From Styela clava (lineage: Eukaryota), in NCBI RefSeq assembly GCF_964204865.1, contig NC_135256.1, positions 15,190,001-15,254,000 of the forward strand: a stretch of DNA of 64,000 nt, written 5' to 3'. Below are positions 24,501 to 37,059 of this stretch, one piece after another. The translations under genes were made by a program, and so were the position numbers. The first letter of the stretch is position 1; each line of letters opens with the position of its first letter. The notes under the pieces were generated by a model, which saw nothing but the letters and a program-made list of their open reading frames with translations, was not told the origin of the DNA and ran no database searches.

Positions 24501-27500
24501 GTACTGGATAATTTTCGTTTGTTTGGTGAACTTTTAATATCTTCACCTGAGAAAAGAGGAATAAATCATTGATTTGGAATGTTTATTTCTACTGAAATTC
24601 ACTTGAAATAAACTATCAATATCTAAAACATAGTCTAGGAATTTCATATTTATTCTTGAAGAGAGGCAAGCTGATAAAACAGCCTAATTATATGGTGAAC
24701 CGCCACATTTCGTCCGGTTACCAGTCAACGTTGAGCACAGAAATAGTTACCCAGTTATTTGTTTCAGATGCATGGATTTGGTGGATGAACCATTCCATGG
24801 CAACGATGACCAAAAACTCTCGCGCATAATTATCTCCCACGAGATTGGACTATGCGCAGGTTAATCAGAGGTGCAAAGGTAAGCATGTTTCTAACGCTTC
24901 GCGCAATGAACCCCCGAGCATATTGAGCTATTCCCTAAAAAAATATTAGCTGGTAGTGAATCTTCTTCCTCATTAACAATCCCATAAGAACATAACAATT
25001 CCATTTTCAAACAATATTCACAGTTCCTGTTTAAGAAGATCCTCAAACAAAAGAAAATGGTTGTTAAGCTCAAAAATTTTGCTCTGAGGGGCATAAAAAT
25101 GTCAATATAATATTACTCACTTTGAGATACTTCTCGACTCGGTCTCCTCAAGTCATGCAGTGGTGGTTTCATGTCTAGATTTGATTCCTGAGATAGATTG
25201 ATACTATCGTTCAAATAATTTTCTGATAATGCAGGACATATTTGTTTACCAATAGCATTACTGTCAACAACTTCATTTCCTTTGTTTACAGACTTTTTAA
25301 ACCATCGGTCAGATGTTTTCCTGTACTGTCGCTTCTTTCGGGGAACATCACCAAGCGTACCTTTTTCAATATCGCATTTTATTTTTTTAACACGTTTAAT
25401 TGGAAGTCCATCTTTATCCAATCTTCTGGTATATTTTCTTTTCTTTCTTACAGGTTCAAGTGCATGTATTTCATTTGTTATCACATTTTTTTCTATGTCG
25501 ATTGGTTTTTCCAGTTTTTTCGTTTCACACAACTTAGTTTCTTCAAAATTAGGAAGTTTCGTAATTTGTCTCAGTTCACCGGTCACTTCATCTAGGTCAG
25601 CAGAAATTTGATCCATAGGAAAACTTTCTTCAATTTTTTTGAACATTTCATCATTATTGGTTTTGTTCCAACTTATATCTTCTTCAACTTTCGGTACATC
25701 ATTCCCAGATTCTTTTTCGGTGATTGAGTTAGTTTTATCTGTGATTGGGATAGTTTTATCTGTGATTGGGATAGTATTATCTGTGATTGGGATAGTATTA
25801 TCTGTGATTGGGATAATTTTATCTGTGACAAGAATAGTTTTATCTGTGACAAGAATAGTTTTATCTGTGACAGGAATAGTTTTATCTGTGACAGGAATCC
25901 CTTCTGTGGTAACAGGAGTATCAGATTTGATACTTGTTCTTCTTTTTCTTCTTCCCCTTTTCTCGTGTTTCGAACTCGAATACATCTTCTCATTATTATT
26001 TTTATGTCTGAAGTCATAAGATTCTTCACTTGTCTTTGAGTCATTGTGTCTCATTGACATTCGTCTGGTTGATCGTTGTTTTGCTTGTCCTAATTTAATA
26101 TGATATATATTTTCAACAAGAAATTCTAATTTTCAAATTTCTAAGCAAGATTTATTACTCAAAATTAAATTAATATTTATACACAAATGACGGAGTGACC
26201 CTCCACCCACCCCCCCAAAAAAAAATAAAATAAAAAAAAACATAACCCATAAGTGTTAAATACATTTTCTTCATCGGTACAGAAATAATTAGGAAATTTA
26301 TGAGTTCTGTTTTTGGAGTCAACATGCACATAAAACTTCACTAACTCCATGTTTTGTCCATACAAAAAAAATTATATTAAAAAAGGTTTTAGTGTATTGG
26401 TATAAGTTTGTGTGATAATTTCCACACATAGACATAATTTAGCAGCTATTAAGCTTTCTAGGATCTTAATAAACCAATATACCCTACTATGCATAAATAT
26501 TACATGAGCAAAGTCATTAACTGCCTGTCTGCAAGCAAAACCTTTTTGCCACCATCAGTCTTAATTTCAGTAATATACAAAGACCAAACTTTTGATATTT
26601 GTTTCTGCAGACCAGATGAAATGGACTATATGGACAGTTGGGTAAGCCCTAATCTATTTCAAAACTAAGCCTAAAATTCTTTTGTCACATAAAAAAATTG
26701 CAATATGAGTGAGACAAAGCCGAGACAATAGTTGTCGTCATTATGTGCATGAATTTTTAAACTTCACAAAGAAAATAGTCCATTTTCACAATTTTTGTAT
26801 AAGGTAAAAAAATATTACCATCACAAAAGAATTATTGGTTTTAGAGTGTCATGAAAAAGTGAAAAGTTATATCAATCCTTTTTGAAAGTCAATTAAATCA
26901 TCTATGTAAATACAATAAGACTCAAGAAACAAGAGCAATATAAAAATTATTCTGTTTTATATGTTTGTACCCAAAAGTTTCATTAATCTAGGAGAAGTTA
27001 TGTTCTCTTTACAATATGTTCCAAATGACATGGGTACTGTTTTTTTGGGTCACTCTGTATCGTTCATTGTGGTGCTGAAATGTGAACTTTTTATTAATAA
27101 AAAGAAGAAGAAAATTCATGTGTTATTGTGGTATTACCTCTCAATCCTCTGTTAATTTTGCAAGTAGTTGTTGTAGGGCAGCTATAATCTTCATCACTTG
27201 AATCATCATTTTCTGTTTCTTCATCGGTGAACCATCCATAAAAATATTCATCCATATCTGGAATTTTACAATTCAAAATGTTATCGAAAAAAATGAATAT
27301 GTGTTTATTTATCTCAATAAGAAATTTTTGTCTCTGAAAAGCTTCACCCAAGTTATAGGTAACCATTTAAGTAGCAATAAGTCATCAAGATTCAATATTT
27401 TCAATAAAGACACGACACTAGTTCGAAAACATTGCAAACTAGAAATTTGATTCAAAAAATTAAAACCAAATGTATTTTTACCATCAAAAATGATATACAA

Positions 27501-30500
27501 TGTTTGCAGTTGATATGTAACGTATTTAGGCTAATTTTAGCCCAATTGTTAAGTACCTGGTACTTTGAAACCTTAGAAATTCGAAACCTGTTGTAAAACA
27601 AACCTCCTGACTTTCTTTGTCTTTTTTCAACAGGTGCTGCTTCAGGCTCTGGTTCTTGTGGTTTGGAATCTAAATTGGCTTGTCTCGGTTCAGTTTTCTC
27701 TTCTGAAGTACAAATTATGAATGAATTCAGTACATCATATCATCAGATAACTTAACCTTTATGTGCTGTTATTCACATATTTTATTTGAAAATGGTTTTG
27801 AACAACAAATTCAGAAAGAACTATTATGGTTTTGAATATACACTACACAGGTTATTTTTACTTCGCCATTGTAAATTTTTGGTAAACCAAGTGCGAGTCA
27901 GTATAAATTAGGTTCGAATCCCATAGCTCTAACCTGAAGAGGCGTGATAATTACGTACTGCAAACTATTAAAATATCGCATAAAAATAATCTTTAGTGAC
28001 TGAATGATAGAATTCAATGGTATATGACAGATACAATTCCAAAAAGAATGTGAACCACACAATTTAGCTTACATTCATCATTTTTTTATTTATGGTACTT
28101 ACTGTAATTTCAATTCCCACTATATACAAAATGCAACAAAAAGTTCTACAATAAGGGAAATTCATGTCAAGTTACCTTTTGATTCTTCTACTGAAGTTGG
28201 AAGAGTAGGAGAAGGAATAACCTCATCCTTGATTTGTTGAATCTGAGTTTTTGGACCTTTCTTTTTCCATATTTCACTTCTTTTTGTGTATTTTCTCTTC
28301 GGTTTTTGTTCTTCATCTACGATGATAAATATTTCATACAAAAATATGAGTTTCCTATTTATATTACCAAGTAACAAAGAGAAGAAGTAATTGACATGGA
28401 TATTGCAGAGATTCAACAATAAAAATTTAAATTAAAAAGCCATGGCTTAACAAATATTGTAGTTAAAATATTGGTTCATCCAACTTTTTATAACTAACAG
28501 AGTACAAACGCAAATATATACCGGTATTCTATATTTTTCATTATCCGACACTTATTACACCCTGGGTGAGGTAATGAGCATGGGATTTGAATTTAAGGGG
28601 TGTAATCAGTAATGCCAGCGCTGTTAAGTCTGTTTCGAACATTATTACTGAATTACTGAATCATCCAATCTTTAAGAATTGTGTTCTGAAAATTATGAGC
28701 AAGCACTGAAATATGGTGCTGTTAAATTCAACCAAATTCGTCTCAGTGCCATTGGAACCATTGGAAATTATTTTAAGAATTTCATTGTATGTAAGCCAGT
28801 AAATCGAATATATTCCTTGTATCCAAAAAAAGCATGGAGTATCAGTAATTCGATTTTATGTACCTTTTGCTGCATTTGACACTTTCCTCTTTCTTCCTGG
28901 CTTTGAAGGTGAGATTTTTTCATGAATTTTGTTAGGTGTTTTGTCGACATCTGTACTAGTCCTGTGGGGTTGAATAGCGTTATCTTCTATTGACTTAACA
29001 TTGAGATTTTCATTGCATTGCAATTGTATTTCATCAGAATTTCCTATCTCTTCATCCTTATTGTTTGGCATTTCAGTTTTTGGGGTAGATTGAATTACTG
29101 TATTTCTGGCAACGTCTGTTGAACTTTCGACATTAGCATCTTGAAAGAACTTCTCTGCGAGTGCAGCCGCTGAATGCTGATAATCTGGTAAGTGTGAGGA
29201 TGCTTTGGTTGAAGATATTTTATTCGTTACTGGAATCGTTCCAGCGATGGTTCTAGGATTTCCCTGCGAACTGAAATCGTAATTTCTTTTAAAAGGAATC
29301 TTACCATCCCTAGCTGTATCCATTATATGGTTTTCCCAAGGTGAGAGCTTGGATTCATCTTTTTTAGCCCAAGGATGAGATCCAGGCCGTAAAAGTCCAT
29401 TATCAAATGAAGGTGGGTACCTCAGTGCCTGTTGGTTTCTATCTAATTTGGTAGTAACTCCTTCAGGATAATTAAAAGTCAGTTCACCACCTGGATGTGA
29501 GACATTCTTTGATTTGAAACTTTTTGATGTGGGACCATTTTTCAAAGTATCATTGTGTGGGGGTGTCTGAAGATGAGGGGGCGGGGTATGGTGGTGATAC
29601 CTTGAAGGTAATGGCCACCGAGCATTATATTTTTGAGGCGATTCAATGTTGGCTGTGTGTGAACGTTTTGGATCGCCAGGTGAATCATATAACCTACTTT
29701 GTTGCGATGATTGATCACTTAAACTTCCAGAGATTATTTTGGAAGGTTTAACTGGAGTATACGTTGACATCAACGGACGAGGGTCCACGCCAAACGGTGA
29801 CATGGAGGGATGATCTTTTTTAGGATGAATTGAAAATTCCTTTGTTCTGTCCAATTCTTTTTGCACGTGGATGCCATTTTCTTTCAATGCAGATTCAGGT
29901 CCACGTACTAAAGGAGGTGGTTCACTTTTCTGTTTTTTCCTCTTAATTTTATCTACAACATCTGCTTCTGCATTCATACCAGGTGAATTTGAGCTTGTGA
30001 GATCTATTACTGAAGCATCATTAAGCTTCAAAGTATCTTTAGTTGAACCACTAGAGAGATATTTGCCACTCTGATCAACTTTGCTTGAGCTACTCAGGCT
30101 GTTGCTTTGAGAATAATTGTTTGAGTAATGTGGATAATTATCTGCATGACTCGAATGCCTAGATGGTAAGTAAGATTCTGGTTCACTTGTATGCTTGTTG
30201 TATTTCATTGGGCTGCCATTATATTGCGAAGCGAACATTTTTGAATAAGCGTTAGCTGTATCTGCATTCATGTAACTTCTAGTAATGTCTCGATCTTGAT
30301 AACCTTGGTGCAATGGTTGGAGTCCAGCAGCAGCTTGACTAAGTCCCAAATGACCGGGGGATGGATGATAATTCTTTGGAAAAGGTGTTCTCCTGTCCAC
30401 AGCATAAGATGCAGCTTCTCTAGTAGGATCGAAAGCAGCGTATGGATTCAGATAGGATGAAAGCATATCATAAGGGGCATATGACCCAGAAAAAGATGGT

Positions 30501-32028
30501 GCCATCTGTTGCTGTAGAAGGCTAGAGTTTGGCAGTATTGATGAAAAGGGAGATATCCTGGGATCTATCGCATGCTGACGTAGTCTTGCTTGTGTTGAGT
30601 ACTGTAAATAAAACACAAATAATTTTTACTCAAGACCAATCATTGTGCACAATGTAGAAAACTGACACACTTTGACACATATACAACAACTTCTTTCAGC
30701 AGAGGCCAGAGATGCTAATTAAAAGGATGCAACTAGCTCAAATATGCAAAAATCCACCAAATGTGATCCATTTGGAGCTATTTCAAAATCACATTCCTCA
30801 GATTGTTTTATAATTTTAAAATCTCTGCACGTTGTAATATCAAAAATATTTGAGCAGAATAAAAAAAACGCTGCTCCCGAAGTATGCGAACCAAGATGGC
30901 GGACATCGGAACGTAACATGGGTAACAGGTTAGGGTTAGGCGATAATTTTTTTCCAATTTTCCTTATTTTAGTCCTATTATCAGTTCGAAGACTAGCCAA
31001 GAGCCTCCCGTAGTATTTATACCTAAAATTATGGCCTAACCCTAACCTAGTACACATATTACATTCCGATGTCCGCCATCTTGGTTCGCATACTTCAGGA
31101 GCCCCAAAAAAACAATAACAGTGGACAATTGGTACAAACCGGCCCCATATCTGGATATCCCGTTGCAAGATGATCATTGGCCTTTGGAGTGAAGTTTCTG
31201 TAACAAAAACAAACAATATTGACAATTTTCACTATAACATATTAAAAAAAGTGGTATAATGTTTTAGAGTTGAGAAGAAAAACTCTTCGCTGCTGCAATA
31301 TTACAATGTTTAATTGTAAACTTTATGCATAAGTATGAATTTGAGAGGGGCTGAATTCAATGAATGCATGGTTATATCCATCCCCCAGTTTAAAATGTAA
31401 AAACCATGTTCTTTTTGCTTTATCATTATTATTATGATCACTGTATTATTCAGGCTGATGAAATGGTACTCCCGTGGCATGTGTACCAGGTTAGGGTTAG
31501 GGCATAATTTTATTCGGATTTCCATTATTTTAGTTCTATAACGAGTTCGGGGACTGTCTGTGTTAGCCAAGTGAATAAACCCCCTGCCCATAGGTTTCAG
31601 TCGCTTTGCATAACTTGATGTAATATAGGCGAACAAAATTAGTTACCTCCATATTGGTTAGTACACATACTTCTGCTGGAGCAGCGATGAAATAATATAC
31701 TCTTATCTGTGACCAGTCAATTTCGAAATTAAAAAATACTTGGAGTTTAACTACCACATACGGTATGTGACATATTGCGTATTTCTGAAATCATTAATAT
31801 ACATGTATTTATTCTCACAAGGCTTACCTCAGAGAGGATTCGGATACATAGTTATGCAAATTTCTGGTTGCATCGTATTCTCCATTCTTGGGCGTGGAGT
31901 TCAGGGGAGTTGAGTTTTCTCTCCGCTAAAAAATAATAACAACTCAATATGAAACAAAATGAATTCAAACACCTAATATAATAATTTAGTCGAAGAAGGA
32001 AATAAGTCAATCGAAATGGAATTACCAT
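15556..32028 (-). CDS. BCOR: BCL6 corepressor BCOR/BCORL1 pro-orthologue (ankyrin repeats + PUFD), ~19 exons, ~1810 aa; 5' end uncertain
   Basis: In-phase GT-AG exon chain: 32026-32028 (ATG, tentative), 31828-31925, 31140-31197, 28864-30601, 28176-28316, 27604-27702, 27138-27257, 25121-26089, 24045-24546, 23317-23443, 23048-23128, 21914-22139, 21298-21371, 20796-20959, 20092-20237, 19491-19577, 18954-19086, 18625-18751, 15556-16101. The segment [69 protein letters not shown] matches BCOR ankyrins; YFEFELFDEP..RSNFCLLDD..VELIALDSEV matches PUFD. Confidence 0.88.
17155..17565. repeat. Diverged tandem duplication, ~250-bp period, in the last BCOR intron
   Basis: CACTTTC.GA.AAACTA.TTC..AG...CAAGTTCAAAGT...TCATACA.GAAA block at ~17155 and ~17408. 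Confidence 0.7.
20586..20748 (+). mobile_element. 5'-truncated SINE copy
   Basis: GGTTCATCATATGATTAAGCATCTTATCGGCTTCCCTCTCCCCCAGGATAAAT matches the 3' part of the SINE at 608-937. Confidence 0.65.
22308..22540. mobile_element. Tc1/mariner-type MITE
   Basis: TA-CAGGGTGGCCCAAAAGTAGG...CCTACTTTTGGGCCACCCTG-TA; the left end has an internal tandem copy of the TIR. Confidence 0.85.
24636..24912 (-). mobile_element. tRNA-derived SINE copy in a BCOR intron
   Basis: Colinear with 608-937 (ATATGGTGAACC, TCCGGTTACCA, GCATGGATTTGGTGG, TAATCAGAGGTGC, CTAACGCTT). Confidence 0.7.
25731..25898 (-). repeat. Coding minisatellite, 8 x 21 bp, encoding I(P/L)(V/I)TD(K/N)(T/I) in BCOR
   Basis: Unit AGTTTTATCTGTGA(T/C)(T/A)(G/A)G(G/A)AT repeated 8 times inside exon 25121-26089. 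Confidence 0.95.
30873..31102. mobile_element. MITE related to family A, with long TIRs containing CAAGATGGCGG and GGTTAGGGTTAGG
   Basis: About 75-bp inverted repeats GCTCCCGAAGTATGCGAACCAAGATGGCGGACATCGGAA...TTCCGATGTCCGCCATCTTGGTTCGCATACTTCAGGAGC. Confidence 0.85.
31465..31682. mobile_element. MITE family A copy (inverted relative to 8081-8281)
   Basis: High similarity to the reverse complement of 8081-8281. Confidence 0.8.
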
Positions 32029-32299
32029 CAACTTATGATGATGAAGATTGGGAAAAAGCAGTAAAAATTGTCAATAACAAACAATTTTGATATTTAAAAA
32101 ATTAATTCAAAAAATAAAAAATTCATAATTGAAAAAATATATCTCATATCTGTTTTTCGATCAAGATAGTCAATGAATTTAATACTGGGATTTATCATAT
32201 GCATATGTGATGAGTCCAATATATATTCAACTATAATCTCGGGATCAAAAAAATCAGAATTATCAGCAAAATTTATAAAAATGATTAAAACCTAGTGTC

Positions 32300-33100
32300 G
32301 ATGGAAATTGCTTCGAACGCAATTTATATATGATCTATTTTTCGTTGTTCTAGACGTGCGGTGTGTGCACCGCAGCTGACGACTACCGTTATATTTGTTG
32401 TTTCGAAAGTTATTTAAGAAAAGCGTGTCGTGTCGTTCTTATCGTGTAATCTTATGTTATGTTTTTTGTATAACTTTAAAGTTGTAAGTTCGGAAATGAG
32501 GAAACTGAATACTGAAACGAGGTAACCTCATGTTAGTGAATTTGATACGAAATAGAGCCAGTTCTTAAACATTTGAAAACCATCGATCTTTACAATGTTT
32601 ATAGGGTTCTCATTTGAAGTCAATTTTGAAAACAATACCGATATTCGGAGTCAGACGAACGTGTTTTGCGCAACCCAATACGTGAACCGTTAGGAGCCGC
32701 TAGAGAGATATCATCAAACGAGAGAACAAAGGAAAAGAAAAAAGGAGATAAGAGAAACTTGCGACAAGAAATGACGTCATCGGAATTAGTCTACAACCTA
32801 CCACAGCAGCCGTGGTGGTATTGCGGATGGCAGAAGGAAGCAAGGCTGGGGAAGCTGTCAGTTGTTGTCCTATGTTGTCATCGTTGACTGTCAGGCTTCT
32901 TCCGGGAACTCGAAGGACAGAGAAGGCGAAGCATAGGGTTCTTGTTCCTAACCTGGCGCTTACCGTAATTAGGGGTAAATACAATATGGTTTACAGCTTT
33001 TGTTACTGTGTTAAGTAACAGTTTATTGGAAGGTTTGACGGTGTCTTTTGACCATCACGCCATAGTCTTATCGTAGATATAGGGCTTTTTTTCCAATTTG
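32300..33100. promoter_or_regulatory. CpG-rich divergent promoter region between BCOR (proximal) and PTPN1/2
   Basis: CpG-dense patch within a CpG-poor context; full CRE TGACGTCA at 32772-32779; PTPN1/2 acceptor cttccag ends at 33587. Confidence 0.55.
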
Positions 33101-33599
33101 GGAAACGAATAGAATATATAAGCTCATTCGAATGTTTTGTTGAAAGGCATTATACTGTGTAGGTGTGGCTTGTACTAGTTGAATAAAATAACAACTATTG
33201 TTTGTTAAGTATAACTAGCCTATATAACGTCAGAATGTGCCTTGCCTATCACAGAATTATATCATGGTTCCAGAATATATTTTTTCCTTGAACATCATAC
33301 TGACCTTAAGCCAATAAGATTTATAATGAATAAGTTAAACTCTGTATTGCTTAAAACTTTGTGTTTGTGCAGTTGTGTGGATTTGGATTTAATGAACAAA
33401 CTATATTTGTAATTTTCGTGACCAAATTCATAAAATCTATTTCTGTTCTGTTCAACTTATCAGTTGTTTTATTTTATTACTTGTAAAATGAATACCAACG
33501 TGACATGCCACAGTTACTATTGGGAAAAAATTATTCATATTTCTAACCGAAACATCTTTAATTCCAACTTTATTGTTGTTCTTCCAGAACTAAACTAAA

Positions 33600-34931
33600 A
33601 TGGATTCTGTCGTAGCTGATATTGATGAACGAAATGGCTGGGACAGATTATTCAGAGAAATAAAGTTAACTACGGCTGGATACGATCTCTCGTATAAAAC
33701 TGCCAGATTACCAGAAAACAGGACTAGAAATAGATATCGTGATGTTAGTCCTTTTGACCATAGTCGTGTAAAACTGATCGAGGGTGAAAACGACTATATC
33801 AATGCTTCATTAATTGAGGTTCCTGATGCAAATCGGAAATATATTCTGGCGCAAGGGCCGTTAAATCACACAGCAGGCCATTTTTGGCAAACTGTATGGG
33901 AGCAAAATTCTGCGGCTGTCATTATGTTGAATCGCATAATAGAGAAAGGAACGATCAAATGCAGCCAATATTTTCCTTTGGATGAAGATCCCATGCAATT
34001 TACTGATGTGGGGTTGACTGTGTCTATAACACGGCAACAGGTCAATCCAAATTATACAGTACGATACCTCAATTTACAAAAGGATGATACCGGTGAAATA
34101 AAAGCAATTTATCAGTTTCACTACACAGCATGGCCTGATTTTGGAGTCCCTGAGTCACCTGCAGCATTTTTGGATTTCCTCAATTGCGTAAAGGACAGTG
34201 GGGTACTTGAACCAAACGTTGGTCCACCTGTAATCCATTGTAGTGCTGGAATAGGCAGATCAGGCACTTTTGCCTTAGTGGACTCCTGTTTGGTATTTAT
34301 TGAGCGTGATATACCATTCGATGTTAAAGAAACACTTCTAGAGATGAGGAAATATCGAATGGGTCTGATTCAAACTGCACAACAGCTTCGCTTCAGTTAT
34401 TTGGCGATAGCTGAAGGTGCAAGGGCCATGCGTGACCCTGGTGGACAAGAAAGTACAGAGTCATCAACAGAGTCTGAACCGGAATCCCCATATGAATCTA
34501 GCGACGATGAAGAGCATAACGACACTGGAAATGGAGATGGTGATGTTGAAAAGGAACCAGAAGACCAAGTGGACCAGGATAAAAATAGAAAGAGACCAGC
34601 TGAAAACGACTTTGAAAAACATGGAGACGAGAAACGTGGAAAACAGGAGGATATAGAGTCACCCACAGACAATCATATCAGAAATACAACTAATGTAGCA
34701 CAAGTGGAGGAACTTCAGAGGGTTGAGGAAGCAAACAACAATGCAGCAAACCTTAGGAAAAGAAATATTTCGGAAAGAAAGGAAGCATTATCAAATCATG
34801 TTAATGACATTAAAAAGAAAATGCAGGAATCTGAGAAAGGCAATACTTATTCATCATGGTTGCCTTATATTGTTGGTGGCACCGTGTTACTTACAGTCTG
34901 TACTGTGACTTTTTATGCCTTTTATCGTTGA
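33600..34931 (+). CDS. PTPN1: Non-receptor tyrosine phosphatase PTP1B/TC-PTP pro-orthologue, intronless CDS, 443 aa
   Basis: RNRYRDVSPFDHSRV, YINAS, AQGPL, WPDFGVPESP, HCSAGIGRSG, QTAQQLRF; acidic linker and C-terminal hydrophobic ER tail anchor. Confidence 0.95.
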   Translation: MDSVVADIDERNGWDRLFREIKLTTAGYDLSYKTARLPENRTRNRYRDVSPFDHSRVKLIEGENDYINASLIEVPDANRKYILAQGPLNHTAGHFWQTVWEQNSAAVIMLNRIIEKGTIKCSQYFPLDEDPMQFTDVGLTVSITRQQVNPNYTVRYLNLQKDDTGEIKAIYQFHYTAWPDFGVPESPAAFLDFLNCVKDSGVLEPNVGPPVIHCSAGIGRSGTFALVDSCLVFIERDIPFDVKETLLEMRKYRMGLIQTAQQLRFSYLAIAEGARAMRDPGGQESTESSTESEPESPYESSDDEEHNDTGNGDGDVEKEPEDQVDQDKNRKRPAENDFEKHGDEKRGKQEDIESPTDNHIRNTTNVAQVEELQRVEEANNNAANLRKRNISERKEALSNHVNDIKKKMQESEKGNTYSSWLPYIVGGTVLLTVCTVTFYAFYR

Positions 34932-37059
34932 TAGCTGTATTTCTCATTAAACAACACCATGATAGTACTTGCCACTAAGACCGACATGGTGCTTTATGCA
35001 TAGCCGGCATGTGCAAGCGGATAGGAAAAGTCGGTCACCGCTCTTTTACAATCTCATGTGGTACGAATAGTAAATAAAGTAATAAAAATTTAGCAAGGTT
35101 CAAGTTAATACTACTTGTTAAAAATATTTAAAAGACCTTGAATAAAGGTAGACGCTGCGGTACATATACTTACTGTTGGTTTATTATATTGGTGTAAGAC
35201 TCATAAGGCCTCAAACTATGCTGTTCAGTAATCATTTTTAATGCCGAATCATACAGTTTTGTACTTGGCTGTGATGCCACTCCTCTACATTGTGTTACTT
35301 GAAAATAGTGGTAAACTTTCAGATGTCAAAATAAATTTAGGAAAAACCTCGCAGCCTGAGTATGTCCAATTTCTTACAATCAACGTTCATATTGATGATT
35401 ACTATAATCAACCCCATACAGTCTTTCTGGCTACTCATATAATTGAAGTCCACAAGTGCGAATGCTGTTGAATTTGTATCATTCATGACTTATAGCACAG
35501 TCGATGAACAACGAATAGGGTAATATTGTACTAGTTTAGACACTTACCAAGGGCTCATGCTTTGTGTTAATTAAATGTTATTGGGCACTATGAAATAAAT
35601 AGTAGCTGCGGTTGGCAGTTTGCAATGTTTTCTTTTATTGCTTATTACAGTATAATATTTAAATTATCCTAGAAAATTTGTTTTTAGTTTTACTTTTGTT
35701 ATTTTATACCTTTATGACTAGATACTTAAGTAATTTTTACATCACATACCTTGTACTCATCGAGACCCATATTGACCAGATTCATATCTCTGTTGGTCTT
35801 TATCACTTCAGTCAACCTGTTAAAAAATGGATCATTGTTTTTCCTGTGTAATACGAATCGGAAGTGAATATCTTCGATTTTGGTTTATAATTTTTATTAC
35901 TGGATATTTTGGTGAAAGAAGGCCTAGGAAGATATTTCCCTGTCATTATTGGGAGTTATATAACAGATAAAAAAATCTCCAGTATGGAAAAACTGTTAGA
36001 AGTGTAAGTTCGCTCCATCCATTGTAAGATAGTATGGTTAGTGAGTTGGAAAGTCATCCCTAATTGCCATTTTGAATATAACGAATTTCTTCAATAATAT
36101 CAACAGTTGGGAATAAGACTGGACTTTTTCGTTTTTATGGTTGTGTTTTGTTAATGTTATTATCATCAATCCCCTTTAGGTTGAATTGTTTTAATTCAAA
36201 ACGTTCTATTTCTGCCATCATATTATTAACAAATTCCATTTTTTCTTCATATAATGAAACTGAAATAAAATCTACTAATAAAACATGTTAAATTATTCTA
36301 TGAACGTTTGGGTAAGGACAATCCGCTTTATTATGTAAAGGAGCTGTACACCACCGCGACACTCATTTTCATACAAAATTGACGCTACGATCAAAACGAA
36401 ATAAACCCTGCAGGGGTATAATACGTCATTGAGAAGGAGCGATGTGACCAGCGAGATCAAACAATTGGTTATGTAACTGCTTGCTGCCTTTCCAGGAAGC
36501 TTGTCTTGGATATTATTTTTGTTCATCGCCATTAATCATTATCAATTAAAATAAAGTTTGTTGTTACACGTTGCGAAATCTAAAGAATTCTCAACGTGAC
36601 AAAAAATAAAGCAGTTGTGCCATAAAACCAACTGTCACCGATTTTTTTTTACTATAGCATAGGACGCATATGATTTTTGAGTTGGGTAAGATGACGTAAA
36701 ATGGACGGGGAATTTCTCAGAATAAAAAACAAAAATCTATAATTATGACCGCGGAAACAAAGCGCTTCTAAAACAAACAAAAATCGTAGGCAACCAGTAC
36801 CATGTCACATAACGCATTAGGCGGAAGTAGTTCATTTGGTAAAGCGACCGACGGGGTTGTTAAATTTCGCGATCCCAATAGCAAGATTTTTCTGCCCAGA
36901 CTACGACCTCGTTATTCAATATTCAACTTAGATCGCAACTATTCAGCCGAATATTTGTTTACAAATTTATATATGCGCACGCTTCGATATTTTGAGATCG
37001 TCATATCAATCCATTATTTTTCTAATTTGTTCTTTAATGGATTATTATTATTAGATGGT

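Noticed and set aside
25731-25898. CRISPR-like array
   Set aside because: Contiguous coding tandem repeat without spacers, in a eukaryotic context with no cas genes.
25242-26044. Overlapping antisense and alternate-frame ORFs
   Set aside because: By-products of the BCOR exon and its 21-bp repeat.
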